Positions 48,075-57,373 of a DNA stretch of 64,000 bases are shown here, piece by piece. The stretch spans positions 96,585 to 160,584 of the forward strand of contig JBBTSY010000004.1 of NCBI GenBank assembly GCA_038064515.1. The letters are read 5' to 3'. Each line of letters starts with the position of its first letter. Positions within the stretch are counted from its first letter, which is position 1. A model generated the notes under the pieces. It had not been told where the DNA came from. It ran no database searches and saw only the letters and a program-made list of their open reading frames with translations. Source of the stretch: Patescibacteria group bacterium (GTDB lineage: Bacteria > Patescibacteriota > Minisyncoccia > 2-02-FULL-40-12 > GWA2-44-9). Made by a program: the position numbers and the translations under genes.

Positions 48075-49688
48075 TTATTTATCTACCGTATAGGCCGAAT
48101 GGATCCAGCCGTCTTGGCCCTTGAAATTGATTTTGAACCAGACACCGATTTGACCAGTTTTTTCATAAACATCGGTCGGTACCATCTTCCCGATAATCAC
48201 ACCGTCGAGAGAAGGAGTTTTCCTGATATTTAGCCAGTTCACGCCTTTCTTAACCCCGAGCGAGCTTTTGACACCAAGCCTAGCAAATTCAGAACCGGAG
48301 ATAACCTGCACATCCGCCCAATTATAGCCGGCGGCGCTAAATTCTTCAATGGTTTTTACCCACGTTAATGCGCCATTTGCTCCTTGCACATATACCTTAG
48401 GGTCATTTGCTTTTCGGAAAAGTGTTGCGCTTGTCGCGGACAAGGGAGAAATTTTTAATTCTGCAAATTCTGGACCTGATATCACCTGTACATCTGCCCA
48501 ATTGTAACCGGCAACATTGAATTCCTCCAAAGTCCTGACCCACGTTAATGCGCCGTCGCTTCCTTGAACGTATACTTTTGGATCGTTTACTTTTCTGAAA
48601 AGCTTAACCGTCTCGGGTGTTGGAGTCGGTGATGGAGTCGGACTCGGTGTTGGTGATGGCGAAAGAGTAACTATCGGTGTCGGAGTAGGCACTGGAGCAT
48701 CTCCGCCGGAAACATTACTTATCGGATTTATAACAGCAAGTGTTTGACTGTCGCTTCCCGTGGTCCTATCAGCGTACGTTCCAGTTGTTACCCGTAATGT
48801 TGATACGCCTGTATATTGAGCGAGAACCCCGGTATTTGCTAATGGTACGGGGCAATACCAATAACCTTCATTCGCGCTTGTTCCTATAGTACAAGTAGTT
48901 CCATAACTATCCCCGGCCAAAACAGTTCCTGATGTTAATTTGGAAGTTTCAAAAGTGCCGCCAGTTTGCCATACCTGTATTTTATGGCCAAATAGGAGGC
49001 CGCTTTCATTCAGAGTGCTATTGTCGGCAGTTCCGAAATCAACTGATTGGGATGCCGTAGCAGAAACAGTCAGGGCCGAAGATGTTCTATTTACATAACC
49101 ATTAGCGCCTCCGGTAACGGTCCCGCCACTGGTTGAGGCGCCGATATATCTCTTGCCGCCACTATACGACTGTGAAGCAACTGTCCCGCTGTATGCAGCC
49201 GAAGCCGTAGTGCCGTTTAATGTTAAAGCTGTGTTTAATTCATCAGTAACCCCGTTCACTAAAATCGTATAATCCATGCTCGCTCTGGTGGTAAAGGTAA
49301 TATTACTGCCCGCACCCGATACCGTGTCTGTTACCAATCTTGAGACCCAGCCGTTAAAAGATGCGGTGGCCGTTATGGCTTCACCGGCATCGCAGCCCGC
49401 CCGATTAGAAGCATTTTCTGCTGAGCTTGAGGCAATTTTTATGATGCCGTCCAGGAGATTTGTGCTTTCTGAAGCTGTACCATCTGTAACGACGCCCTCA
49501 CCCGAACCATTACATTTATAGGTAATGGTTGCCCCGCTTGAGCCATAATAAGCGGGAACATCAAGTTCGGTATCGATCCGGAAAAAATAGAAATCTTCGG
49601 CAAAAGCAGATCCCGGGACAGAGACGAAAAAAAACACAACCAGAAGCAAAACTGACAACAGTTTGTTCAATTTCATTACTCTTATCAT
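48075..49688 (-). CDS. Secreted S/T/G-rich surface protein with PT linker, two DPKVY repeats and C-terminal SH3b domain
   Basis: Signal peptide ending SAFA; two ~50-aa repeats LFRK.NDPKVYVQG..GYNWADVQVISG; WLNIRKTPS..WFKI..GWIHS (SH3b). Confidence 0.8.
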   Translation of the reverse strand: MIRVMKLNKLLSVLLLVVFFFVSVPGSAFAEDFYFFRIDTELDVPAYYGSSGATITYKCNGSGEGVVTDGTASESTNLLDGIIKIASSSAENASNRAGCDAGEAITATASFNGWVSRLVTDTVSGAGSNITFTTRASMDYTILVNGVTDELNTALTLNGTTASAAYSGTVASQSYSGGKRYIGASTSGGTVTGGANGYVNRTSSALTVSATASQSVDFGTADNSTLNESGLLFGHKIQVWQTGGTFETSKLTSGTVLAGDSYGTTCTIGTSANEGYWYCPVPLANTGVLAQYTGVSTLRVTTGTYADRTTGSDSQTLAVINPISNVSGGDAPVPTPTPIVTLSPSPTPSPTPSPTPTPETVKLFRKVNDPKVYVQGSDGALTWVRTLEEFNVAGYNWADVQVISGPEFAELKISPLSATSATLFRKANDPKVYVQGANGALTWVKTIEEFSAAGYNWADVQVISGSEFARLGVKSSLGVKKGVNWLNIRKTPSLDGVIIGKMVPTDVYEKTGQIGVWFKINFKGQDGWIHSAYTVDK

Positions 49689-49720
49689 ATCATTTTTTTT
49701 AAAAAGGGGCTTGTTGATAA

Positions 49721-50227
49721 CTATTCCAGATCAAGTTGACCCAGCTCCATAGATCCACAAAACATGGTAAGTTGGGCAGGAAGTTTCGTACTGCTAAGAG
49801 TAACCAGCAACCAGCCATAGGCATCAAGAGAATATCCTTTACTGGCGATTTTTAAAATTCTCGGCTCGGCTGACAAAGTATTATCGAGCATAATCTGCGT
49901 ATTGTTTGGATAAGCAACCTGCGATGGCGCTATGGATGTACAGTTTTCATCAAGAACTAAGCGTCTATTTATCGGTTTTAAAATCTCTGACCAATATTTA
50001 TAACTATTAATCTCTTTGATTATCAAAGTCGGTATTGGTTTAACGCTGTTTTTGGGCAAGTTGGGTGTTTTGCTTGGGGTTGGTGTCGGAGCAGATGTTG
50101 GGCTTGTTGAAGTCGCCGTATCAATAACGTTTATGTCTTTGTCGTCACGACTCACCCAAAAAATTGCTGAACCAACAATAGCGACAACGACCACTGAATA
50201 AGTGTAGATGTTTTTATCTATTTTCAT
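49721..50227 (-). CDS. Membrane-anchored hypothetical protein with P/T-rich linker
   Basis: 168-aa ORF, N-terminal TM, two Cys; co-oriented with its neighbours. Confidence 0.65.
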   Translation of the reverse strand: MKIDKNIYTYSVVVVAIVGSAIFWVSRDDKDINVIDTATSTSPTSAPTPTPSKTPNLPKNSVKPIPTLIIKEINSYKYWSEILKPINRRLVLDENCTSIAPSQVAYPNNTQIMLDNTLSAEPRILKIASKGYSLDAYGWLLVTLSSTKLPAQLTMFCGSMELGQLDLE

Positions 50228-50244
50228 AATAAATTAATAATGGT

Positions 50245-51303
50245 TTAGCGGGTATATATGGGCACCTGATTAATCGAGGTATAATCTGAACCCTTAGCAT
50301 ACCAGTTAAACTCGTTAGAGTTTATACAGAATACTTTTTTGAAGAAATCGGGGTCATCGGCTACGGCTTGAGCTCCCGAAACGTTGACCCAATGAAGTAT
50401 GCCTGCATCCTCGCCTGTTGTTTCAATGCCATAAACCTTAGGGTCATTGGTTTCACAATTCCTGAAAAGACCAGAGGTTACAAGGATGATCCCGGTTGAT
50501 GACACAACATTTTTAACTTGAGCAAATCCGCCTAAATGGCCATAGAAACTAAATATGACTGGATTCAGAAATAATCTCTTATAACCCCAATCATTAACAA
50601 TATAGATGTCGGGGTTGCCCGAACCAACAGCGCTAATTGTGTTTCCATCACTTAAACCTAAAGCATTCAGACCGGTAAATCCGAGCGAAATTGGGTTCGG
50701 CAGGATCGTTGGAGCAGGAGTTTCCGTCGGAGACGGATCGGCCGACGGCTGGGGTGTCGGGGCGGGCGTAGGAGTCGCTACGACTCCAGGCAAAGTCAAA
50801 GTATTGCCATATATCGGAACGCCTATTAAGGTCGGCGCAACCAGAGTTGGAAAAGTGAATCCACTGAAACCAAGACGGACATTACCGGCCGCGGAAGACG
50901 AAAGACTCGCTTTGACTAGATATGTCTTGGGTGTGCCGCCATTTCCTATAATAACATCCCCAAATCGGATTAAGTTGGGATTTGCGCTCTGGTTGGGATA
51001 CGTACCTTTCAGAGTTGAGGTAGAAGTAACGTCATATATATAAATGTTGGTAAAATTACTCAAACCACCCGATACATCCGTATTCAAATAAATACCGTTC
51101 AAATACACATCGCCAACTGACGCGGTTAAAGTAATTCGCGCCACATCAACATATTGGGCGCCAGCCGATAAACTTTGAGCCAGAGGCGTTTCGTTATGCA
51201 ATGTCGCAGTCAGCGCCGGCACTTCCTGGGCAGATGCGTATGGCGATAAGCTCGAAAAGGAGCTGACCAATAACAGGGTCAATATCAAATATTTTATATT
51301 CAT
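50245..51303 (-). CDS. Secreted S-layer-related protein (Ig-like domain plus a copy of the S-layer N-terminal module)
   Basis: Signal peptide; C-terminal ~135 aa very similar to the N-terminal module of the 1126-aa neighbour. Confidence 0.78.
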   Translation of the reverse strand: MNIKYLILTLLLVSSFSSLSPYASAQEVPALTATLHNETPLAQSLSAGAQYVDVARITLTASVGDVYLNGIYLNTDVSGGLSNFTNIYIYDVTSTSTLKGTYPNQSANPNLIRFGDVIIGNGGTPKTYLVKASLSSSAAGNVRLGFSGFTFPTLVAPTLIGVPIYGNTLTLPGVVATPTPAPTPQPSADPSPTETPAPTILPNPISLGFTGLNALGLSDGNTISAVGSGNPDIYIVNDWGYKRLFLNPVIFSFYGHLGGFAQVKNVVSSTGIILVTSGLFRNCETNDPKVYGIETTGEDAGILHWVNVSGAQAVADDPDFFKKVFCINSNEFNWYAKGSDYTSINQVPIYTR

Positions 51304-51332
51304 ACTTCATATTATACCAGATACAAGCCAAA

Positions 51333-51360
51333 CCAAAAACCCCCGAAAGGGGGTTTTTGG
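51333..51360 (-). terminator. Intrinsic terminator after the large S-layer-like gene
   Basis: CCAAAAACCCCCGAAAGGGGGTTTTTGG. Confidence 0.8.
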
Positions 51361-51409
51361 TTTCGAGAAACGCCATCGCGCGAATCCCGAGATTGACTAG
51401 GTAACTATG

Positions 51410-54400
51410 TTACTTCGTCAAAGTTTGACTCTCTGCCAATGTCTTTAGCATACCATCAGTAAACCAGTCATCCGTTGTAGTGGCATGGCTAGCTGCTGAT
51501 GAATCGGTCCAGACAAAGGAGGCGCCAGAATTTCGCTGAACTGTTGAATCATCCGTAGTCACCGTTGTTCCCTTTGGATTGGTGATGCTTGTGGTTACGC
51601 TTTCATTAGTCGCAAGCGTACCACCTACGGTTGTCTTCAATTCAAGGATGATAGGGGTTCCCGCAGAAATCACACGCTCGACAGCAAAGGTGAACTCTAC
51701 GCGAGTAGTAGTACCAATATCGCTGACGCTGGCGGTGCTAGAACCAGAGAAAGAGGTGATATCAATGCCATTCTCATACAACTTCCAGCCTGCCGCTGCA
51801 GGACCGAATGTCCCGGCTAGTGAAGTTGAAGATACGGTGAAAGTGATATTATTCCATCCCACCTGACTACCGGTTGCGCTGACTTCTGTCTTGAATAATG
51901 TCTGGGTGCCAGCGCTTAAGGCCGTAGTAGACAAAGCTTTGTTAGCAAAGGTCGGATAACCTTTGACAACATAGTTGGCGTTACCGGTAAAGCTTGCCGG
52001 AGCATAACCGTTTTCAGTGGTTATGGCACCCGCGCTATCTCGGAACTTCAAGCCGTCCAATTGGACAGTTACATTGCCGGCAGTATCGTTTGCTCCGACA
52101 CCGACAGCAGATGTTACCACATCCACAGTGAAGGTCTTAGTACCCTCTGATTGAGGCATAAGTAAGTCAAGACCGGTGAATGAAGCAGAAGACGTTGACG
52201 AACTAACCACAGCTGAACCAATAACCGTTCCGACACTGTTCTTCAATTGAAGATTAGCAACCGCACCCGAAGACGATGCCAACGTGCTTGAAAGATCAAC
52301 ATAGACCTCATCAAGATAGTAGTCATCATACGTCGGCGTAAGGGTGAACTGATAACCAGTTACCGTTGAACCACCATTTACGAATCGGGCCGATGGAAGC
52401 GAACCATTGGCTTTCGTCAATGCACCGGTCTGGGAAGTTATCGTTTGACCGGCAACCACACTGGATGTGGTTGAAGTGCTGGAACCCGCAGTGGTGCCAG
52501 TTGCGCTAAACGCAAGTCGGACTGCATCCAGAGCGGTAATACCGGCCTCAACATTTGCCCAAACCTCAATCTGATAGGTCTTGTTGGCAGGCAATGAGAA
52601 GTTTACCGCGAAGCTTGTGCTCGCGCTTTCGGACATAATGGCCTTGACCGGCGAAGTGTACACAAGAGAACCCGCGTCGTTCCAAACTTTGATGTATGAA
52701 TCATCTAATTCACCACCATCAAAGGTAACACCGGTTACCAACTGCGGCATTATGTCAATTGAACTGACATTAACACTTTCCGATGAAGCGGCGGTTAAGG
52801 TGAAGTGACCAACTTTAACATTGTTCTTCGGATCAACAACCGACTGGTTGGCATAACCGGTATATTTACCGGCCGTGAGTGAACCAATTTTAATGGTTAA
52901 GGATGTTCCAGTCTTTGCGGCGCTTGAAACATAATCCAATGTCGTCAAACGCTGGACATTTGATGAGCCGACAGCAAAGTTTGCGGTAAAGGTCTGGTCA
53001 GCCGCGACATCATTTGTACCGCTGGCATCAAAGATGTCAGCTCGGATTTCCACAATTCTCGGTGTTCCCGGAGTAACAATCAATGAGGAACCCAAGGAGA
53101 CTTGTGCGTAGGCAGTACTGTTTGATGCGGCTGGCGAACTATCTTCCCAAAGGGTTGTTGTAGAACCAACCTGTACGCCATCAGCGAAGATAGCGGCATT
53201 GCGAAGAGCTAACAACGCGGTCTGACCGCTACTGTTATCAATACGAAGATTTTCAACTTTCATCTTCTCACCGGCGGCCTTGAACTCAAATCGAGACAAG
53301 ACAACGCCAGAAGCGCCTTTTACAACATTGCCGGAAGGTGAATCAGTCGTTTTGGTGATAGTTAACGTGCCTGAAGCAATATTTTGGGCAGTAGAGCTTA
53401 CCGGGAATGTGCCGGTTGCCAATACTGAAGCGCCGGCATACTGGGAATCAACGGTCCAGATATCGGATTTCTGCCTCAAAGAAAGGTAGAAATTCTTGCC
53501 CGAACCACCAATTATATCAACCAATACTTTGAATGTTCGGCTTCCGGTTTCAAGCTTGACCGGGCTAGCCGTCATATCAAACACGATATAGCCGTTAGCA
53601 TCGGCTTGAGCTACGGTGGAACCCTGCTGAACTCCATCAATCAAAAGACGGAAATTCTGGAGGTCCCCTGCCGCTACTGAACCGATAACTCTATACTGAA
53701 CTGATTTCAGCCAAACATATCTGGTGCCGATAGTTACAGCATCATTCCAAGCGACAAAATCACTTGCGGGAACCGGAGCTCCATCTGAAGACGGGGTTAC
53801 ACTCGCAGATAACGCTGTCGTGGCTTGGGTGGCAGTGGCAAGGGTATGCATATTGCCAGAAATGCTATAAGCAACACCGTTCACACTAGTGAGCTGAACA
53901 CCAATGGTCTCGCCAGCCGTTCCGTCAACATCGGCCAAAACCGAGATGACCTTGGAGCCGGATACTGTGAATAAGCCAACGGCATCGTTGAACGAAACAA
54001 CACCGCTTGAAACGGTAGCCGCATCGGTCAAACGCTTTACACCGTCATACAGATAGACATTTGTTAATGTCGCATCCGCTGATACGCCAATTCTGTTTAA
54101 TTTCACATTAGTAACGGCTCCATTACCGCCAAACATGAATTCAGCTAAGTTGTATCTGGCCTGTCCGTCCACAATTGTTCCGGAAGCTGGGTTTGAAGAA
54201 GCCAAGCTTACCGATAACGGGCCAGTTGGAGGAGGCGTGCCTCGTACATAGTTTGGTACTTGGCTTACTGACGTGTAGTCAGCGCCCTTGGCGTACCAGT
54301 TGAATTCGTTGTTGTTGATGCAGAACACCTTATTAAAGAAGTTTGCATCATCAGCAACTGCTTGCGCTCCAGAGGTGTTTACCCAGTGGAGGATACCGGT

Positions 54401-54790
54401 GTCTTCACCGGTGGTTTCTACACCATAGACTTTAGGATCGTTGGTTTCACAATTTCGGAACAAACCCGAAGTTGGGAACGCATCGCGGGTCGTAGCGGCT
54501 ACGTTTTTCACAGCGGGGAAACCGCCGAGATGGCCGTAGAAGTTGAAAATGACTGGGTTCAAGAATAATCTCTTGTAGCCCGGAGCATTTACAATGTAGA
54601 TATCTGGATCGGACGATCCAGCTGCTGAAATCGTGTTTCCTTCTTGGAGACCGAAGTCAGCTGGGAATGCGGCAGATGCTTTAGGAGCATAAGCGGCGAA
54701 TCCGGCTAGCGACAACATGGTCGTTAGCGCTGTGAGAACAGCAAAGGTCTTTTTCAAAACCTGGAGCCGTCCCTTGGATACATTACTCAT
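51410..54790 (-). CDS. Large secreted S-layer-like protein (1126 aa)
   Basis: Signal peptide ending KASA, S/T/A/G/V-rich beta-sandwich-like repeats, strong terminator and a long upstream leader. Confidence 0.8.
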   Translation of the reverse strand: MSNVSKGRLQVLKKTFAVLTALTTMLSLAGFAAYAPKASAAFPADFGLQEGNTISAAGSSDPDIYIVNAPGYKRLFLNPVIFNFYGHLGGFPAVKNVAATTRDAFPTSGLFRNCETNDPKVYGVETTGEDTGILHWVNTSGAQAVADDANFFNKVFCINNNEFNWYAKGADYTSVSQVPNYVRGTPPPTGPLSVSLASSNPASGTIVDGQARYNLAEFMFGGNGAVTNVKLNRIGVSADATLTNVYLYDGVKRLTDAATVSSGVVSFNDAVGLFTVSGSKVISVLADVDGTAGETIGVQLTSVNGVAYSISGNMHTLATATQATTALSASVTPSSDGAPVPASDFVAWNDAVTIGTRYVWLKSVQYRVIGSVAAGDLQNFRLLIDGVQQGSTVAQADANGYIVFDMTASPVKLETGSRTFKVLVDIIGGSGKNFYLSLRQKSDIWTVDSQYAGASVLATGTFPVSSTAQNIASGTLTITKTTDSPSGNVVKGASGVVLSRFEFKAAGEKMKVENLRIDNSSGQTALLALRNAAIFADGVQVGSTTTLWEDSSPAASNSTAYAQVSLGSSLIVTPGTPRIVEIRADIFDASGTNDVAADQTFTANFAVGSSNVQRLTTLDYVSSAAKTGTSLTIKIGSLTAGKYTGYANQSVVDPKNNVKVGHFTLTAASSESVNVSSIDIMPQLVTGVTFDGGELDDSYIKVWNDAGSLVYTSPVKAIMSESASTSFAVNFSLPANKTYQIEVWANVEAGITALDAVRLAFSATGTTAGSSTSTTSSVVAGQTITSQTGALTKANGSLPSARFVNGGSTVTGYQFTLTPTYDDYYLDEVYVDLSSTLASSSGAVANLQLKNSVGTVIGSAVVSSSTSSASFTGLDLLMPQSEGTKTFTVDVVTSAVGVGANDTAGNVTVQLDGLKFRDSAGAITTENGYAPASFTGNANYVVKGYPTFANKALSTTALSAGTQTLFKTEVSATGSQVGWNNITFTVSSTSLAGTFGPAAAGWKLYENGIDITSFSGSSTASVSDIGTTTRVEFTFAVERVISAGTPIILELKTTVGGTLATNESVTTSITNPKGTTVTTDDSTVQRNSGASFVWTDSSAASHATTTDDWFTDGMLKTLAESQTLTK

Positions 54791-55142
54791 TTTAATTTAG
54801 TTTATTTCTTTCCTGAACTGTATTACCACCAACCTTGCGGTAGGGATAAATCGACCAGCTATAGAAAAGAAGTTTTATTCTTTCTTTATTATTACTTCCT
54901 TATAACAACTTTCTTTCGCCCAGCCCTTACGTAAGGCTGGGGGTAGAACCTTGGTAAAGCTACCGCTAGGATTCGCTTAAAGCGAACTAGACCCATCATG
55001 TATTTGTTTCGACCAATACATTTGAGATGGTAGCTCTATCGACTTAAGATTCCAGCTATTAACAATTGGGAGAGACATCCTGTTATACAATCTTGTTTTC
55101 GTTTCAACCGTTATGGGAACATAAATTGTCAACGTTCTTTCC

Positions 55143-55215
55143 TGAACCCCACACTCAGTTAGCGACAGCTATGCGACGGCTTGTTGAAAATATCACCAAC
55201 TGAGTGTGGGGTGAA
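55143..55215. mobile_element. Short TIR element (CCCCACACTCAGTT...AACTGAGTGTGGGG) flanked by duplicated TGAA
   Basis: Perfect 14-bp inverted repeats at 55147-55160 and 55198-55211; TGAA at 55143-55146 and 55212-55215. Confidence 0.7.
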
Positions 55216-55569
55216 CAACCTACCTCTTTGCAATTCGCTTCGATCACAGAGGGATAGATGGTCCATATCCTCTTAACTAGCAAAAAACAACCAATTATAC
55301 CTGGCTATCTACAAGGCTTTTATAGCTCCATTATTGTCATATTATTTCCTTTTGCCAACAACTTTATGGCGATACCTTTGGTTTATGACTTATGCCATGA
55401 ATCCTATCAAACCTGAACCCAAAGGTCAACTAACATGGCCTAAGTTTCATAACAGCTTCAGTGAGTACCAAAGCCTCATCCGTAACCTCACTACTGATTA
55501 TATTCCACGTCTTGCTAAGCAACAATAGCAAAATGTGGATAAAACCCGATAGGCGTTAATCAGAAAGAA

Positions 55570-56505
55570 CTACGGGGTAACCGAGTTTTTGAATTTGGGA
55601 GTACCGCGCAGAGGCTGGGGTGGATTACCAGCATCCATACCCGTCGTAATAAGACCAGTATTGGTGGCCCAGTTGGATGAGTCGGCACCAGGTAAAATAG
55701 CACTAATGCGCTCCATGGAGGCATACGACGGGTTACCTGTGGAGTCAGTCCCTGCAAACCAGCCTCCGAAGCAGGGGACAGAATCTATTATAACTCCCCC
55801 GGTATCGCGTAACATGAGGTTTTCGCCATCAGGCAGATTCTTGAGGCCAGATCCCCCAAATGAGCCATGTATATTGGCCGGAATGTTGGAGATTGTTGTA
55901 TCGTCGGTTCGTTCAATTAAATAATATGCTCCTGCGGCAATGCTACCAGTTAGGGTGATAATTCTAGTCTCGTTTTCAAACAACGCCCATCCATCAAGAT
56001 TAATCGCTACACTTCCAGTATTGTAGAGTTCAATCCATTCGTCGCCGCTGTAGTTCGCAGTCCCCGCCCAAGCAATTTCATTGATGACGACATGTGCTAA
56101 ACCAATGGCTGGTGTTGGAGTTGGTGACACCGGAGGCGGACCAGCCTCCGGCTGGGGGGTTAGGATCGAAGATGGGATGGGGGTACGGGAAGGGGTTGGC
56201 GTAATAAGTGTTGAGATACGCGGTATTACCGCAGGGCTTGGTGACATTGTTGGTGACACGATGGTGACACTTGGTGACATTGTTGGTGACAATAAATTTG
56301 TCACCAAGGAACTTGGTGACAAAATCGGTGTCACTAAGGTTGTCACCAAGGAATTTTCTTTCAGTGGAGTAGAAGTACCTACCGCCTCCGGCAATGAACC
56401 AGCTAAAAACGAAGGTCTATCTTCAAAAAGAAAGAGCGTTACGAGAGAAAGCGTAATAATGGCAATTCCCCAGCTGATGACATGGTTATGGGTGAATTGG
56501 AGCAT
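55570..56505 (-). CDS. Membrane-anchored lamin-tail-domain (LTD) protein
   Basis: VVINEIAWAG..DEWIELYN..INLDGW.L, SMER, GTPK..NS; N-terminal TM and S/T/P linker. Confidence 0.87.
   Translation of the reverse strand: MLQFTHNHVISWGIAIITLSLVTLFLFEDRPSFLAGSLPEAVGTSTPLKENSLVTTLVTPILSPSSLVTNLLSPTMSPSVTIVSPTMSPSPAVIPRISTLITPTPSRTPIPSSILTPQPEAGPPPVSPTPTPAIGLAHVVINEIAWAGTANYSGDEWIELYNTGSVAINLDGWALFENETRIITLTGSIAAGAYYLIERTDDTTISNIPANIHGSFGGSGLKNLPDGENLMLRDTGGVIIDSVPCFGGWFAGTDSTGNPSYASMERISAILPGADSSNWATNTGLITTGMDAGNPPQPLRGTPKFKNSVTP
56239..56348. repeat. Dense array of TGGTGACA/TGTCACCA octamers inside the LTD gene
   Basis: Forward copies at 56239, 56251, 56262, 56272, 56284, 56314; reverse copies at 56299, 56329 (1 mismatch), 56341. 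Confidence 0.75.
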
Positions 56506-56555
56506 GTGGTTGAGTTATCCACAGGCAGAAAATCCTTAGACCCACCACGAATTTC

Positions 56556-56635
56556 CCTGCCTGCGCAGGCAGGCTTTTCAGGAGCATTGCATTAAGGAGG
56601 GATAATAATTCAATACACCTGCCTGCGCAGGCAGG
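56556..56635. repeat. Two identical 18-bp palindromes CCTGCCTGCGCAGGCAGG
   Basis: At 56556-56573 and 56618-56635; related copies at 47504-47524, 57610-57645 and 59917-59940. Confidence 0.8.
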
Positions 56636-56722
56636 TTCGTGGCGGGTCAAAAAATTCTCTTCTCTTCGTAATATCAAAATTTCACGTCGGAATCAAGCGC
56701 TTCGAGAGCCTCGGCGCGAGCA

Positions 56723-57373
56723 TTACCCAGCGATCAAATACACCGCGCCGCGATCCTTAGTTTTCTTTTTTACCAAACCGGCCGTCATGAGTTCTTTAAG
56801 GCTCCTTATTACAGTCCGCGATGACATTAGTCGAAACTCATCCACAATTTCTTTAGTCCGCGCCGGAGATTGCCGAATAAAGGTGAGAATTTTTTTCTTA
56901 TTCTCGCTAATTTCAATCTTCTTCTTTTTTATTTCCGCTTCTTTCGCGGCGAAAGCCGGTTTGATTTGAGAAGTTGCTTGAATTTTCATACGTTGAATAA
57001 AAAGTCGGAAGCGCAGAAGAGCTCTTTGAGCATACGCTAAAACAACTACATCAGAACGTTTCAGATGCTCTTCGTACTCAACAAGATCAATTAAGGCATC
57101 AGCACATGAGAGAAGATGTTGTTGTTGGAGCACGGCTGGTCCGCCTAGACTGGGCGAGGCTGGCCCGGTTATAAATTCATGATATGCCTTCACGAGGTTG
57201 TATATCTTCTGGTGAAACTTTCGGACAATAAACGGATCGCGAACAGAACTCGTAACCCGCGAGCTGGCCACTAACGCCGCGACATAAGTTGTAAGTTGAT
57301 TTTCCGCCATACGAACTGTACCACCTAGAGTATGCGATTGAATCGCTTTTGCCAAGACGGTACGTGCCAGCAT
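56723..57373 (-). CDS. Hypothetical protein with C-terminal winged-helix HTH
   Basis: KKKILTFIRQSPARTKEIVDEF..SSRTVIRSLKELMTAGLVKK..RGAVY. Confidence 0.72.
   Translation of the reverse strand: MLARTVLAKAIQSHTLGGTVRMAENQLTTYVAALVASSRVTSSVRDPFIVRKFHQKIYNLVKAYHEFITGPASPSLGGPAVLQQQHLLSCADALIDLVEYEEHLKRSDVVVLAYAQRALLRFRLFIQRMKIQATSQIKPAFAAKEAEIKKKKIEISENKKKILTFIRQSPARTKEIVDEFRLMSSRTVIRSLKELMTAGLVKKKTKDRGAVYLIAG

Noticed and set aside
48610-48700. PT/SP-rich tandem repeats in surface proteins as DNA repeat elements
   Set aside because: Ordinary in-frame Pro/Thr linkers with synonymous variation.
50245-54660. S-layer module duplication as a DGR template/variable repeat
   Set aside because: Both copies are in-frame coding, and the differences look mostly synonymous or conservative rather than adenine-restricted.
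56239-56348. CRISPR array
   Set aside because: Repeats are 8 bp, in both orientations, without 25-45 bp unique spacers. No cas genes and no CRISPR-like array were seen anywhere in the window.
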